This document shows, one piece after another, positions 1 to 8,515 of a DNA stretch of 64,000 bases (positions are counted from its first letter, which is position 1; every line of letters begins with the position of its first letter). The position numbers and the translations under genes are program-made. Source of the DNA: a virus (lineage: Duplodnaviria; Caudoviricetes). The stretch is taken from IMG/VR virus record IMGVR_UViG_3300022242_000023, positions 1 through 64,000 of that record; one strand, 5' to 3'. The notes under the pieces were generated by a model. That model worked only from the letters and a program-made list of their open reading frames with translations, did not search any database and was not told the origin of the DNA.

Positions 1-280
1 GTGTAACAACACACTTGTCATTTTTTGAATGCACCAGTCTTATGTAGTTATGAAGACTTCTTATAATAATTATGCCCTGATGTGAAAGGTATCATCAATA
101 TGTAGATTATAAGATGTGAAACTACCTGATTAATACAATGGCTGCAGCCAATTTAATACAAAGGTGAAATTCTTTGTAGTTAATCAGCTCCCAAGGATAA
201 GCAATTATAACAGGCTCCTTTTTCTGCTGGAGTTTGGATAGGGGATTTAAAGCAGAACCACCTATTATAATTGAGTGCAG
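1..280 (+). ncRNA. candidate structured non-coding RNA (possibly truncated by the window edge)
   Basis: No ORF in the track; stems 36-41/53-58, 59-67/106-114, 78-82/93-97, 126-133/180-187, 139-142/147-150, 157-164/171-178, 202-210/265-273, 30-34/275-279; G-U wobble pairs work only on the + strand. Confidence 0.5.
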
Positions 281-391
281 AGGGGAAATTTTTTTAAAAT
301 AAAACTTACTAATTATGATAAATATCAGATCACCAGGTTAGTTAAACTATATATAATATAGTTAATATAATAATTTTTTTATCTAACACAC

Positions 392-429
392 AGATAAGGC
401 AGGAGATTAAATCTTGCCTTATCTTTTCT
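392..429 (+). terminator. intrinsic terminator-like hairpin
   Basis: agataaggcagga ... tcttgccttatct stem followed by T-rich sequence. Confidence 0.6.
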
Positions 430-442
430 AAAAAACAAAATC

Positions 443-661
443 ATGAAAAAAGCATTTTTAATTTCAGTGTTTATACTTCTTTGGGCATATGCATCTGAAG
501 TGGATATGTCATTATTTGCACAAACACCTAATACTCAACAAACCTACAAAGATACTGATAATAAAGTTTATCAGGTACATGTAGGAAAAAAAGGAGGAAT
601 GTACATTGTAAGAACCAGTAAATCTGGAAAGACTTACAAAAAATACATTAAAAAATTATGA
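443..661 (+). CDS. small secreted basic protein
   Basis: 72 aa; signal-peptide-like N-terminus and Lys-rich C-terminus. Confidence 0.75.
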   Translation: MKKAFLISVFILLWAYASEVDMSLFAQTPNTQQTYKDTDNKVYQVHVGKKGGMYIVRTSKSGKTYKKYIKKL

Positions 662-1002
662 AAAATCTATTATTCATGCTGTCATTAATACTAATGACAG
701 CATGCTCTTATGAAGAGCAATGGTTCCCCAAAACTCACGGATTAGCTCAAGATGGAGCTGATTCTATTAGTCTTATTTATAATCTGGATTATTTGACTAT
801 AATAAGATTTGAAAACAATGGAGATTGTTTTGTACCATTGGATCAAAAGATCAATATGGAGATTATCGAAATAAAATGTAATAATCTTCAGAAGGTAGTA
901 TCTATAGAATATATAGATGAAGGCATGTCTAAATCACATGAAGATAATTATATATTCTTATATGATGATTATATTATTTATAACGATATTGTTTACAAAT
1001 AA
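658..1002 (+). CDS. putative lipoprotein
   Basis: 114 aa; lipobox-like LMTAC; ATGA overlap with the previous ORF. Confidence 0.7.
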   Translation: MKNLLFMLSLILMTACSYEEQWFPKTHGLAQDGADSISLIYNLDYLTIIRFENNGDCFVPLDQKINMEIIEIKCNNLQKVVSIEYIDEGMSKSHEDNYIFLYDDYIIYNDIVYK

Positions 1003-1014
1003 AAATCTTAAAAA

Positions 1015-1854
1015 ATGTCAAAAATTACTTTTACCGAAGAAATAATAACACCTGCAATTGCCACGTATTACTTGTCATTAATGGGAAATAATAAAAAGCT
1101 AAGACAAGAAACTCTTATGAGATATGTACAAGACATACGAAATGGAAGATGGAAATCAGATACAGGAGAATCAATAAAATTTTCCAAAAGCGGAAGACTT
1201 ATTGATGGTCAACACAGATTGAATGCTATTATTATAGCAGGTATGACTTTAGTTCTATTAGTTGCTAGAGGACTAGATGATGAGGTATTTGATGTATTAG
1301 ATACAGGATCTAAAAGGACAGCATGTGACATATTTAAAATCAAAGGTATTAAATATGACACTTTAATTCCATCAATGATGGTAACATACAATAGTATTAA
1401 AGAAAATGGTAAAACAGGTAGTGGTTCTAATATTACTAAAACTGTAAGACCAAAAAATACTAATGCTGCATTATTAGAAGCATATTACAATGATCCATTA
1501 TTCTGGGAGCACGTAGCAACAAAAACATTTACATATTATAGATATATAGACAGATTGTTAACTCCTTCTTTTATAGGAGGATTATATGCTGTATTATATA
1601 AAATAAATAATAAAATGGCAGATGATTTTATGCACCAATTATGTAAAGGAGATGCTGCAGTTAAACCTATCACTTTAGCAAGACAGATTCTTTATACAGA
1701 TGGAGTATCAAAAACTTCAAAATTGACGCTAAATACAAAATTAGCATATATAGTAAAAGCATGGAATCTTTTTGTTAAAGGAAATAATAGCATCAAATCT
1801 TTAAGATTTGACCCAGCTAAGGAAGAATTTCCAAAAATATCAAGACCTATTTAA
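1015..1854 (+). CDS. ParB/Srx-like (DGQHR motif) phage protein
   Basis: GRLIDGQHRLNA motif preceded by GRWKSDTGESIKF. Confidence 0.75.
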   Translation: MSKITFTEEIITPAIATYYLSLMGNNKKLRQETLMRYVQDIRNGRWKSDTGESIKFSKSGRLIDGQHRLNAIIIAGMTLVLLVARGLDDEVFDVLDTGSKRTACDIFKIKGIKYDTLIPSMMVTYNSIKENGKTGSGSNITKTVRPKNTNAALLEAYYNDPLFWEHVATKTFTYYRYIDRLLTPSFIGGLYAVLYKINNKMADDFMHQLCKGDAAVKPITLARQILYTDGVSKTSKLTLNTKLAYIVKAWNLFVKGNNSIKSLRFDPAKEEFPKISRPI

Positions 1855-1874
1855 ATAACAATTTGTGGGAGGGA

Positions 1875-1919
1875 GCTACTTGCAGGAAAACTTTAAGTTA
1901 GTACTGCAAGTAGTTTTTT
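1875..1919 (+). terminator. intrinsic terminator
   Basis: gctacttgcag/ctgcaagtagt 11-bp stem followed by a T run, downstream of the ParB-like gene. Confidence 0.75.
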
Positions 1920-1923
1920 AAAT

Positions 1924-2009
1924 GCTATAGTGGTGGAATTGGTAGACACGCAGGACTTAAAATCCTGTTGACAGTAATGTCAGTATAGGTTCAAGTCCTA
2001 TCTATAGTA
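1924..2009 (+). tRNA. trnL: tRNA-Leu (anticodon UAA)
   Basis: Acceptor gctatag/ctatagt; D arm tggtggaattggtagacac; anticodon arm cagga-cttaaaa-tcctg; long variable arm tgac/gtca; T arm ataggttcaagtcctat; CCA not encoded. Confidence 0.95.
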
Positions 2010-2023
2010 CATAATTTAATATA

Positions 2024-2212
2024 ATGAGTAAAGTTAAACTGATTAATACACGTATATATTCTAAAACTGGAAGATATAATAATTGTAGAATATTAATAGA
2101 ACTTGAAAACAGATTTTATCCTTTTCCTGGTATAAATAACGCAGAATATGCTGTAGAAAAAGGTTTAGAGTATTTTGAATATTATCGAGTAACAAAGGAA
2201 GATTATGAGTAA
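2024..2212 (+). CDS. microprotein, array A
   Basis: 62 aa; GINNAEYAV motif; overlaps the next ORF. Confidence 0.7.
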   Translation: MSKVKLINTRIYSKTGRYNNCRILIELENRFYPFPGINNAEYAVEKGLEYFEYYRVTKEDYE

Positions 2213-2408
2213 ATATTTATTACTAAGAAGACCAACTAATAAAGAAACCTTTCAGCAATTATATTTTATAAAAACTTATGATAATAGATATTTCCCATGT
2301 TTTTTTCTTGATGAAAATAAGTTATTAAATTGTTATTACAGAAATTTTCCTAATTATCCTTTCGATTTATTAGACGAAAAAACTTTTAAAGCTATATATG
2401 AAGAATAA
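2205..2408 (+). CDS. microprotein, array A
   Basis: 67 aa; YFPCF strand; coupled to neighbours. Confidence 0.7.
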   Translation: MSKYLLLRRPTNKETFQQLYFIKTYDNRYFPCFFLDENKLLNCYYRNFPNYPFDLLDEKTFKAIYEE

Positions 2409-2613
2409 AGTTACATTTCTCAATCGTTATAAAAATCATAATCTTTCTCATGTACATACTATTGAAATAGATGGAGCATATTTTGCCTTTTCTACAAGTG
2501 ATATTAGCGATATAGAAAATATATTTATAGCAGCTAATGATTTTGAAATTAAACAATATTTAAAGGATAATTATATTAAATCTGATGAAGAAAATTTCAA
2601 AGCTAGGTATTAA
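2398..2613 (+). CDS. microprotein, array A (paralog of 2585-2836)
   Basis: 71 aa; YFAFSTSDISDIENIF and EIKQYLKDNY. Confidence 0.75.
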   Translation: MKNKVTFLNRYKNHNLSHVHTIEIDGAYFAFSTSDISDIENIFIAANDFEIKQYLKDNYIKSDEENFKARY

Positions 2614-2836
2614 AAAGAAAATTAAACTTATTAATTATTTTAAAGGTCGTAAATTATCTGAAATATATACTATTAAAATGGATGAATTATATTTTCCATT
2701 TGAATTTGAAGGAATTGAAATTCAAGATGTAGAAAACATTTTTACATACGCTAGTGCTACTACTCTTGAATTTAAAGAATACTTAAAAAGAAATTTTACT
2801 GACATTAGTGAAGAATATTACAGTATAAACATATAG
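2585..2836 (+). CDS. microprotein, array A
   Basis: 83 aa; YFPFEFEGIEIQDVENIF and EFKEYLKRNF. Confidence 0.75.
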   Translation: MKKISKLGIKKKIKLINYFKGRKLSEIYTIKMDELYFPFEFEGIEIQDVENIFTYASATTLEFKEYLKRNFTDISEEYYSINI

Positions 2837-2858
2837 ATTTTTATTTTTCATAATTTGG

Positions 2859-2900
2859 GCTAAACAGGAGAAGGAGAAATCTTTCTCCTAGTTTAGTTTT
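2859..2900 (+). terminator. intrinsic terminator-like hairpin
   Basis: aggagaagga-gaaa-tctttctcct, extended by gctaaac/gtttagt, then a T run. Confidence 0.7.
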
Positions 2901-2911
2901 AAAACTAATAA

Positions 2912-3085
2912 ATGGAAAAACATAAATTCATTAGAATAGCAAAAGCAGGTATATTAAACTGTAAATATAAGTATAATAATTCAGAGCATACTCATTACTT
3001 TTTTACTTTAAAAAGTCTTGAAAAATTCTTAATAAGTAAAGTTACGGCGGAATTCCTAATAATTGATCATGGCAAAGATAACTAA
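2912..3085 (+). CDS. microprotein, array A (not in ORF track)
   Basis: Hand-translated 57 aa MEKHKFIRIAKAG...TLKSLEKFL. Confidence 0.65.
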   Translation: MEKHKFIRIAKAGILNCKYKYNNSEHTHYFFTLKSLEKFLISKVTAEFLIIDHGKDN

Positions 3086-3137
3086 TTCAAAAATAGAAAC
3101 CAACTCTTTTGTAAGTAAAAAATTGAAATTTTAATTC

Positions 3138-3311
3138 ATGAAAAAATATGTAATAGCTAAGAAAATAATAGAAGAGGGAATGGTAATATATGCAATAAAA
3201 AGAGATGAAGGATATGTTCCTATTTCTGTCTTAGATGAAAAAAAATTTATAGAAATTTATCATAGTAAAAAGAATTGGCATATAGTAGAAGAGCATGAGT
3301 GGAAAAATTAA
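3138..3311 (+). CDS. microprotein, array A (not in ORF track)
   Basis: Hand-translated 57 aa MKKYVIAKKIIEEGMVIYAIKRDEGY; resembles 3295-3510. Confidence 0.65.
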   Translation: MKKYVIAKKIIEEGMVIYAIKRDEGYVPISVLDEKKFIEIYHSKKNWHIVEEHEWKN

Positions 3312-3510
3312 AATAATTAAAAGAAAAGTAAAAAATGGTGTTATATATGCAGTTGTAGACAAAAATGGTTTATACGTAGTTTTTCAAAATTTTTTTTGGG
3401 ACCTCATTGAGAGAATATATAATTGTGAAATAGGATATTATTATAAAATAACTAAAAAAAAGTTTTACGAAAATTACGAAATTGATTATGAAAATAATAA
3501 AATTGAATAA
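3295..3510 (+). CDS. microprotein, array A
   Basis: 71 aa; GVIYAVV and FWDLIERIY. Confidence 0.7.
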   Translation: MSGKIKIIKRKVKNGVIYAVVDKNGLYVVFQNFFWDLIERIYNCEIGYYYKITKKKFYENYEIDYENNKIE

Positions 3511-3715
3511 TGATTTAGAAAAAATATTAGGAATTCCTTGTAGATACGTTCTTATAAGAAAAGATTATGTAATCTATTATAAATATAGCGGATCTTTTTA
3601 TCTAGATCTTATAGAGAAGGTAATTAATGGAAATATACCTGAGTATCATTTATTATATATATCTTCAGATGATATTGATAAGATTATTAAATATGAAAAT
3701 AATAAAACTAAATAA
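3488..3715 (+). CDS. microprotein, array A
   Basis: MKIIKLN start; YLDLIEKVI. Confidence 0.7.
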   Translation: MKIIKLNNDLEKILGIPCRYVLIRKDYVIYYKYSGSFYLDLIEKVINGNIPEYHLLYISSDDIDKIIKYENNKTK

Positions 3716-3890
3716 AAAGATGCGTGATCTGTTATATAACAGAAATTCTAATTATGTATTAAAAAAAAATTATAAATATTACTTGTTTATACATTTAAGA
3801 AATTTAGAAAATATGATACATGATAAAAATAATGTCCCATTAGATGCTAATCATACACTTGTTATGAAATTTAAAAAATTAAATATATGA
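3693..3890 (+). CDS. microprotein, array A
   Basis: Likely start MKIIKLN at 3693 (first 23 nt nearly identical to 3488); HLRNLENMI. Confidence 0.7.
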   Translation: MKIIKLNKKMRDLLYNRNSNYVLKKNYKYYLFIHLRNLENMIHDKNNVPLDANHTLVMKFKKLNI

Positions 3891-4156
3891 AAATTTTAAT
3901 TATCTTACTAATAGGGTTACCAGACTGGATAAACCCTTTTAATGTAAAATTAGACATTCAATATGTAAAAGATATTGATTGTTATATTGTAGCACCATAT
4001 GCCAATACCAATGAAGCAGATTGTGTTTTATTTGAAAAAGGTTTATCATTAAATTGTGAAAAAATTAATGATAGATTGTGGTGTAATAAAGAATTAGTTG
4101 TTACCAAGACAACTAATATTTTAGGTTCATATTACATAATTTGCAAAAAAGAATAA
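3887..4156 (+). CDS. hypothetical secreted or membrane protein
   Basis: 89 aa; hydrophobic N-terminus; several Cys. Confidence 0.65.
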   Translation: MKILIILLIGLPDWINPFNVKLDIQYVKDIDCYIVAPYANTNEADCVLFEKGLSLNCEKINDRLWCNKELVVTKTTNILGSYYIICKKE

Positions 4157-4244
4157 TAAAAAATTTGATTAATCAATAAATAGGAAGAAAAGTCTTTAGT
4201 GTATAGCCTTAACTGTCGCACGCCTATTATTTAAAACAAGCTAA

Positions 4245-4757
4245 ATGAAAGTGACAATTGACAAATTAAATACATTATCTATAGATCAACTATTAGATCT
4301 AAAAGTAAAAAATGAAAAATTAGAAATTGATAACCCTTCTAATTTAGAACTAACATTTAAAGATTCTAATAATATAGCAGAATCTTTTGGGGTATCAGAC
4401 AATTTTACAAAGCAAATAGTAAGAGCATTAGAAGACTTAAAAGAGATAGAAAAGAAAGCAATTAAAAAAGTTTCAAGATATATGGAAGATAATAACATAG
4501 ATGTCTATAAGAAACTTGAACATGCAGAAGATGATATTGCAGCTTTGTTAAGCTCTATATTAAATAATAAAAAAGAGATAGATGAAGAATTATTTAGAGA
4601 TACAGCTAAAAAAATACTAGATAAAGAGACATATAAAATTGCTTTAACGGGTGCTGGGCAATTAGAGTATATGTATAAAACATTAGCACCACAAACATTA
4701 AACGAATTATCATATTTAATGTTTACATTAGGTAGTAAATCATCAAAAAATGGATAA
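4245..4757 (+). CDS. hypothetical helical protein
   Basis: 170-aa ORF in operon context. Confidence 0.75.
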   Translation: MKVTIDKLNTLSIDQLLDLKVKNEKLEIDNPSNLELTFKDSNNIAESFGVSDNFTKQIVRALEDLKEIEKKAIKKVSRYMEDNNIDVYKKLEHAEDDIAALLSSILNNKKEIDEELFRDTAKKILDKETYKIALTGAGQLEYMYKTLAPQTLNELSYLMFTLGSKSSKNG

Positions 4758-5121
4758 TAGTAAAGTAAGAATCGTAAAGAAACTAATTACTGCACCAGAT
4801 TTTATCTGGATACAGAATTTAATCCCATTTCTTAGACACCTGGGAGTGGAAGTACCTAAGGAAAATTTCTCAACGAGGTTTTTCATTGAAAAAGTGATAA
4901 ATTTTGACGCAATGATCAAAATTTTTTCAGTTAGACAAAGAGCTTTTTTAACTAAAAAACTTTTAGAGAGTTTTGGCATTACAGCAAAGGAGAATGATAA
5001 AGAAATATCATTCTCATATAATGAAGATTCCTCTAAAGAGGAAGCAGCAGTATTATTTGAAGTATTAACTGAAATAACTTCAAAACCAGTAGAAGCAGTA
5101 GTTTCTAATTTAAACCAGTAA
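4750..5121 (+). CDS. hypothetical protein
   Basis: 123 aa; overlaps the previous ORF. Confidence 0.7.
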   Translation: MDNSKVRIVKKLITAPDFIWIQNLIPFLRHLGVEVPKENFSTRFFIEKVINFDAMIKIFSVRQRAFLTKKLLESFGITAKENDKEISFSYNEDSSKEEAAVLFEVLTEITSKPVEAVVSNLNQ

Positions 5122-5164
5122 ACAATTTTTTTAAACATTTTTTAAACATTTAAACATTTTTATT

Positions 5165-5611
5165 ATGTCAAAATTAACAGAAGTAAGGTTGTCTAACAAC
5201 CCAAATGCAACTGTAGTTCCATCTAAGGATGGGATTAATGGAAAGATCAATGAAAGCTCTGATGGTGCGCAATATTGCACACTAGTGATCACTGATGATT
5301 CTAACCCTTTCAAAAAATCCACTTGTGTAAGAAACTACAGACAGCAAATGTCTGGAGGTAAGTGGAAATGGCCAGGTCTTACTCCAAAAGAGTTTTCTGC
5401 TTTGCAGGGAAAAGAAATTGGAGGAAGATTCTACACTGCAATTGTAGAACCTTACCAAATTGATGGCAGAATTGTGCATCAGTATACTACTTTTGTAGCA
5501 GAGAATGAGTCTGTAGCAACAGTTTTCAGAAATGCAGGCCACCCATTGGTGGTCAATACGGAAACTGGTGAAGTAGCTATGGAAAGCGCTACTAAACAAG
5601 TAGAAGCATAA
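5165..5611 (+). CDS. hypothetical protein (beta-rich, possibly nucleic-acid binding)
   Basis: 148 aa followed by a terminator; no motif recognised. Confidence 0.7.
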   Translation: MSKLTEVRLSNNPNATVVPSKDGINGKINESSDGAQYCTLVITDDSNPFKKSTCVRNYRQQMSGGKWKWPGLTPKEFSALQGKEIGGRFYTAIVEPYQIDGRIVHQYTTFVAENESVATVFRNAGHPLVVNTETGEVAMESATKQVEA

Positions 5612-5631
5612 ACATCAGTAAGTGAAGAATT

Positions 5632-5665
5632 AGGGGGAATAGAAATATTCTCCCTTTTTCTTTTT
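5632..5665 (+). terminator. intrinsic terminator
   Basis: agggggaata-gaaa-tattctccct followed by a T run. Confidence 0.75.
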
Positions 5666-5678
5666 AAAAACAACTACA

Positions 5679-6032
5679 ATGAAAAAAATACTGTTTCTAT
5701 TATTAATGAGTAGCACATTAAGTGCACAAATATTTATATCAGATGAATATTCTACAAGACTAATGTCTGAAAGAGAATATAGTGATCCTGAAATCTCTAC
5801 CACAATCATTACTGTAACTGAAAAAGTTATTATGATATCTGATTCTGGCGGATATAAAGTGTATGCTATATCTGATGTAGAACATAAAAAGTATGAATAT
5901 ACAGAATATCATGCTACACTTATTGCTAAACAAAATTTTTATAATATAGCTTTAAGAATTACTTCAGATAAAATGTTTTTAACTATTCCTGGTAAATTTT
6001 ACGTTTTAAAACTTAATAAAGTATGGCCTTAA
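5679..6032 (+). CDS. secreted hypothetical protein
   Basis: Signal peptide MKKILFLLLMSSTLSA-Q. Confidence 0.75.
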   Translation: MKKILFLLLMSSTLSAQIFISDEYSTRLMSEREYSDPEISTTIITVTEKVIMISDSGGYKVYAISDVEHKKYEYTEYHATLIAKQNFYNIALRITSDKMFLTIPGKFYVLKLNKVWP

Positions 6033-6409
6033 TAATATTATTACTTCAAATCACAGAAATATACCATAATCAAGTATATGATTTAGCTAAAATCATACAC
6101 GCAGAATGTGGAAAATGTAATTATGAAGAAAAACTTCTAGTAGGATCCGTGGTACTAAATAGAGTAGGCCATCCCAAATTTTCTAAAACCTTAATAGGAG
6201 TTATTAATCAAGATTCACAATTTCACGGTATATGTAATACTCAGTTTATATTAAATTCTGAAAGCTTAAAAGCTGCAGCAGATTTATTAATGAACGGTAG
6301 TTATAATAAGAAGATACTATATTTCTATTTAAGAGATTCTCCTAATAAAAAATGGAGAAAAAATCTAACTATTATCAAAAAATCTAAATTCCATAACTTT
6401 TGTAAATAA
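6023..6409 (+). CDS. SleB-like cell wall hydrolase
   Basis: LAKIIHAEC...VGSVVLNRV...FSKTLIGVINQDSQF, the SleB/Hydrolase_2 signature. Confidence 0.85.
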   Translation: MALIILLLQITEIYHNQVYDLAKIIHAECGKCNYEEKLLVGSVVLNRVGHPKFSKTLIGVINQDSQFHGICNTQFILNSESLKAAADLLMNGSYNKKILYFYLRDSPNKKWRKNLTIIKKSKFHNFCK

Positions 6410-6558
6410 TTTAAAATGATTTTGTACATAATAAATTTAATTATATCTTTAGCATGTGCTTTAAGACTAGCTTATTATCAAGATATACCAGCAGCAGCAG
6501 GATGGGTTTGTGCAGCTTTGTGGCTAATATTATTAATAATAAAAGAAAAAAGGAAAGA

Positions 6559-6879
6559 ATGAAAATTATACTAATACTACTACTTCTTTTAATAATATCA
6601 TATATAATCCATATTATAACATATAAAAAGATTCATAAATTTAGGATACTAGAAGATGATGGAAAATTTACATTAGAAGGAAAAAATAATTATGTCTTTT
6701 TCTGGACAGACGATCTTAAAATAACATTTAATGATATTATTGTTAGAAATAAGGATAGTGATGAATTATCTGTAATATATAGAAAAAATATTAAAGGAGC
6801 TATGGAAATTGTAGACAAACATTTTGAAACTATAAAAAAACGAAGACTAAAAAAATATCATTACATAAATAAAAACTGA
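6559..6879 (+). CDS. membrane-anchored hypothetical protein
   Basis: Likely start MKIILILLLLLIISY within track ORF 6454-6879. Confidence 0.65.
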   Translation: MKIILILLLLLIISYIIHIITYKKIHKFRILEDDGKFTLEGKNNYVFFWTDDLKITFNDIIVRNKDSDELSVIYRKNIKGAMEIVDKHFETIKKRRLKKYHYINKN

Positions 6880-6881
6880 TT

Positions 6882-7058
6882 ATGTTACTCTGTGATATAG
6901 AGAATTTTCCATGTATAATTAAATCTTGTACTTGTGAACAATGTAAAGCTGTCAAAAACGCACGTAAAAACAGAAAAAATAAAAAAATTATGAAACGTTA
7001 TTTAAATAAAAAACGCAGAAAAACTTATTCCAAATATGTAAATCATTATTGGGCATGA
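6882..7058 (+). CDS. small Cys-containing basic protein (not in ORF track)
   Basis: Hand-translated 58 aa MLLCDIENFPCIIKSCTCEQCKAVKNARKNRK...HYWA. Confidence 0.6.
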   Translation: MLLCDIENFPCIIKSCTCEQCKAVKNARKNRKNKKIMKRYLNKKRRKTYSKYVNHYWA

Positions 7059-7091
7059 CAAAGAAATTATTTAAATTTTTAAATCGTAGAA

Positions 7092-7379
7092 ATGAAAACA
7101 CTTAAATTAATCAAAAGAAGCTGGTTATTAGTATTCATTTATTTGTTTCTCAGATTTATTCAATGGTGCTATCAAAACTATGCAACCAATGAATTTTTAA
7201 GAGATTGTATAGTAGTAACTCTTTTTACTGTTGCTATAGTTATTTTTGGTTTTTTACTGAGATATGTTACAATTTTTATTATTGATTATGGAGATTATAA
7301 TGATTTTTTCTCAAAACATACGGATCCAGTAATAGAAAAGATAGAAAGATTTTTTAACAGAAGAAATATTGAAAAATGA
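7092..7379 (+). CDS. small 2-TM membrane protein
   Basis: Two hydrophobic segments followed by DPVIEKIERFFNRRN. Confidence 0.7.
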   Translation: MKTLKLIKRSWLLVFIYLFLRFIQWCYQNYATNEFLRDCIVVTLFTVAIVIFGFLLRYVTIFIIDYGDYNDFFSKHTDPVIEKIERFFNRRNIEK

Positions 7380-7825
7380 TAAAAAAAATAGTAAACAGCA
7401 TCCTGATTTTTGTAGCAGTATCACTATATACGTTAATATTAGGAGCTGCATATTGTTCTGGTAAAGAGATAAATGATTATACAGTTTTTACTCTCATATT
7501 AATTACACCAATATTATATTTAATAATGTTATATACTAGTGGTAAATTTGATAATTATATTAATAATACATTGGAACCTTTACTCCAAAAATTATTAAAA
7601 TGGTTTAATAGAAGAAATCTAATGTTGTTAATTGTTCTTATTTCATTTACTGGATGTAGGACGTACATAGATAAAGATGAGGCTATTATAGTCTCTGCTC
7701 ATAAAACAACACATTCTAAAACATACCGATATTATTATCAGCTTAATAGTGCTAATGGTAAATATATTTTTTATTCCAACCAAGAATTTCAAGTTGGTAC
7801 ACCAATTAAACTTTGTCCAAGATGA
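7376..7825 (+). CDS. membrane protein paralogous to 7092-7379 with a lipoprotein-like second half
   Basis: EPLLQKLLKWFNRRN followed by LLIVLISFTGC. Confidence 0.65.
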   Translation: MIKKIVNSILIFVAVSLYTLILGAAYCSGKEINDYTVFTLILITPILYLIMLYTSGKFDNYINNTLEPLLQKLLKWFNRRNLMLLIVLISFTGCRTYIDKDEAIIVSAHKTTHSKTYRYYYQLNSANGKYIFYSNQEFQVGTPIKLCPR

Positions 7826-8208
7826 GTAACTTAGATAAAGAATTTGTACCTTATGGACAAGCATTAGAACTTAAGGAATTAGGTTTTGATGAAGTATGTA
7901 TTGCTTTTTATCATGATTTTGGTAGAAAATTAAAAAGAACTATCAAAATTAAAAACTCCATGTCATGTGCAAGATTATCTGAAACAACTTTTACAGTATT
8001 TGAAGCAGCACCATTGTATCAGCAAGCTTTCAGATGGTTTAGAGAGCGTGGATATGATATTAAAGTTCAAAAAGAATCCAATGGCATATACTTTGGATTT
8101 TATTGGACAGGAGCAGCATGGATTAGTGTTGGTAGTGGAACCTATGAAGAAGCAGAACTTGAATGTCTCAAAAAATTAATTGAAATTGAAAAAAAAAAAG
8201 AAGAATAA
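7813..8208 (+). CDS. conserved phage hypothetical protein
   Basis: EFVPYGQALELKELGFDE...APLYQQAFRWFRE, a pattern I associate with Bacteroidota phages. Confidence 0.75.
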   Translation: MSKMSNLDKEFVPYGQALELKELGFDEVCIAFYHDFGRKLKRTIKIKNSMSCARLSETTFTVFEAAPLYQQAFRWFRERGYDIKVQKESNGIYFGFYWTGAAWISVGSGTYEEAELECLKKLIEIEKKKEE

Positions 8209-8224
8209 AAAAAAACAAATTAAT

Positions 8225-8515
8225 ATGAAAGTAAAAGATTTTCCACTATCAATTAGAAGGTTAATTAAAAAAAGATGTGAAGAACAAGGTTCTATTTATG
8301 ATGAAAATAAGCATCTAGGTAATAGTTTTTCCTTTCCAGCATCACCAGAAAATAGTGACTTTTGGTTTGACATTAACTCTGGAGATTTTTCAAAATTTTA
8401 CGAACTTTATCCAATACCTCATAGATATGCTATTAAAGCTGTATATCTTAATACAAAGTATCGTTCAAAATTTGATTTGAAGATTATTATAGATCTATTA
8501 CACATCGTACACTAA
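8225..8515 (+). CDS. hypothetical protein, possibly frameshifted (continuation to 8712)
   Basis: ATG at 8225 lies in the frame of track ORF 8180-8515; an ATG-less open frame runs 8476-8712. Confidence 0.55.
   Translation: MKVKDFPLSIRRLIKKRCEEQGSIYDENKHLGNSFSFPASPENSDFWFDINSGDFSKFYELYPIPHRYAIKAVYLNTKYRSKFDLKIIIDLLHIVH

Noticed and set aside
76-90. Hammerhead-like core ctgatg...gaaa
   Set aside because: There is no stem II between the two conserved segments and the CUGANGA consensus is incomplete.
130-270. Open frame of about 47 codons on the - strand
   Set aside because: No start codon and no recognisable motif; the RNA-structure interpretation explains the sequence better.
345-363. Inverted repeat aactata/tatagtt
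   Set aside because: Almost pure A/T and not repeated at other intergenic sites, so there is no support for an operator or phage promoter.
4179-4228. Degenerate tRNA
   Set aside because: Too short, and it lacks the T-loop and D-loop consensus.
5119-5160. Four taaaca(t/a)tt direct repeats before the ATG at 5165
   Set aside because: Low-complexity A/T leader typical of Bacteroidota translation-initiation regions; not distinctive enough to call iterons.
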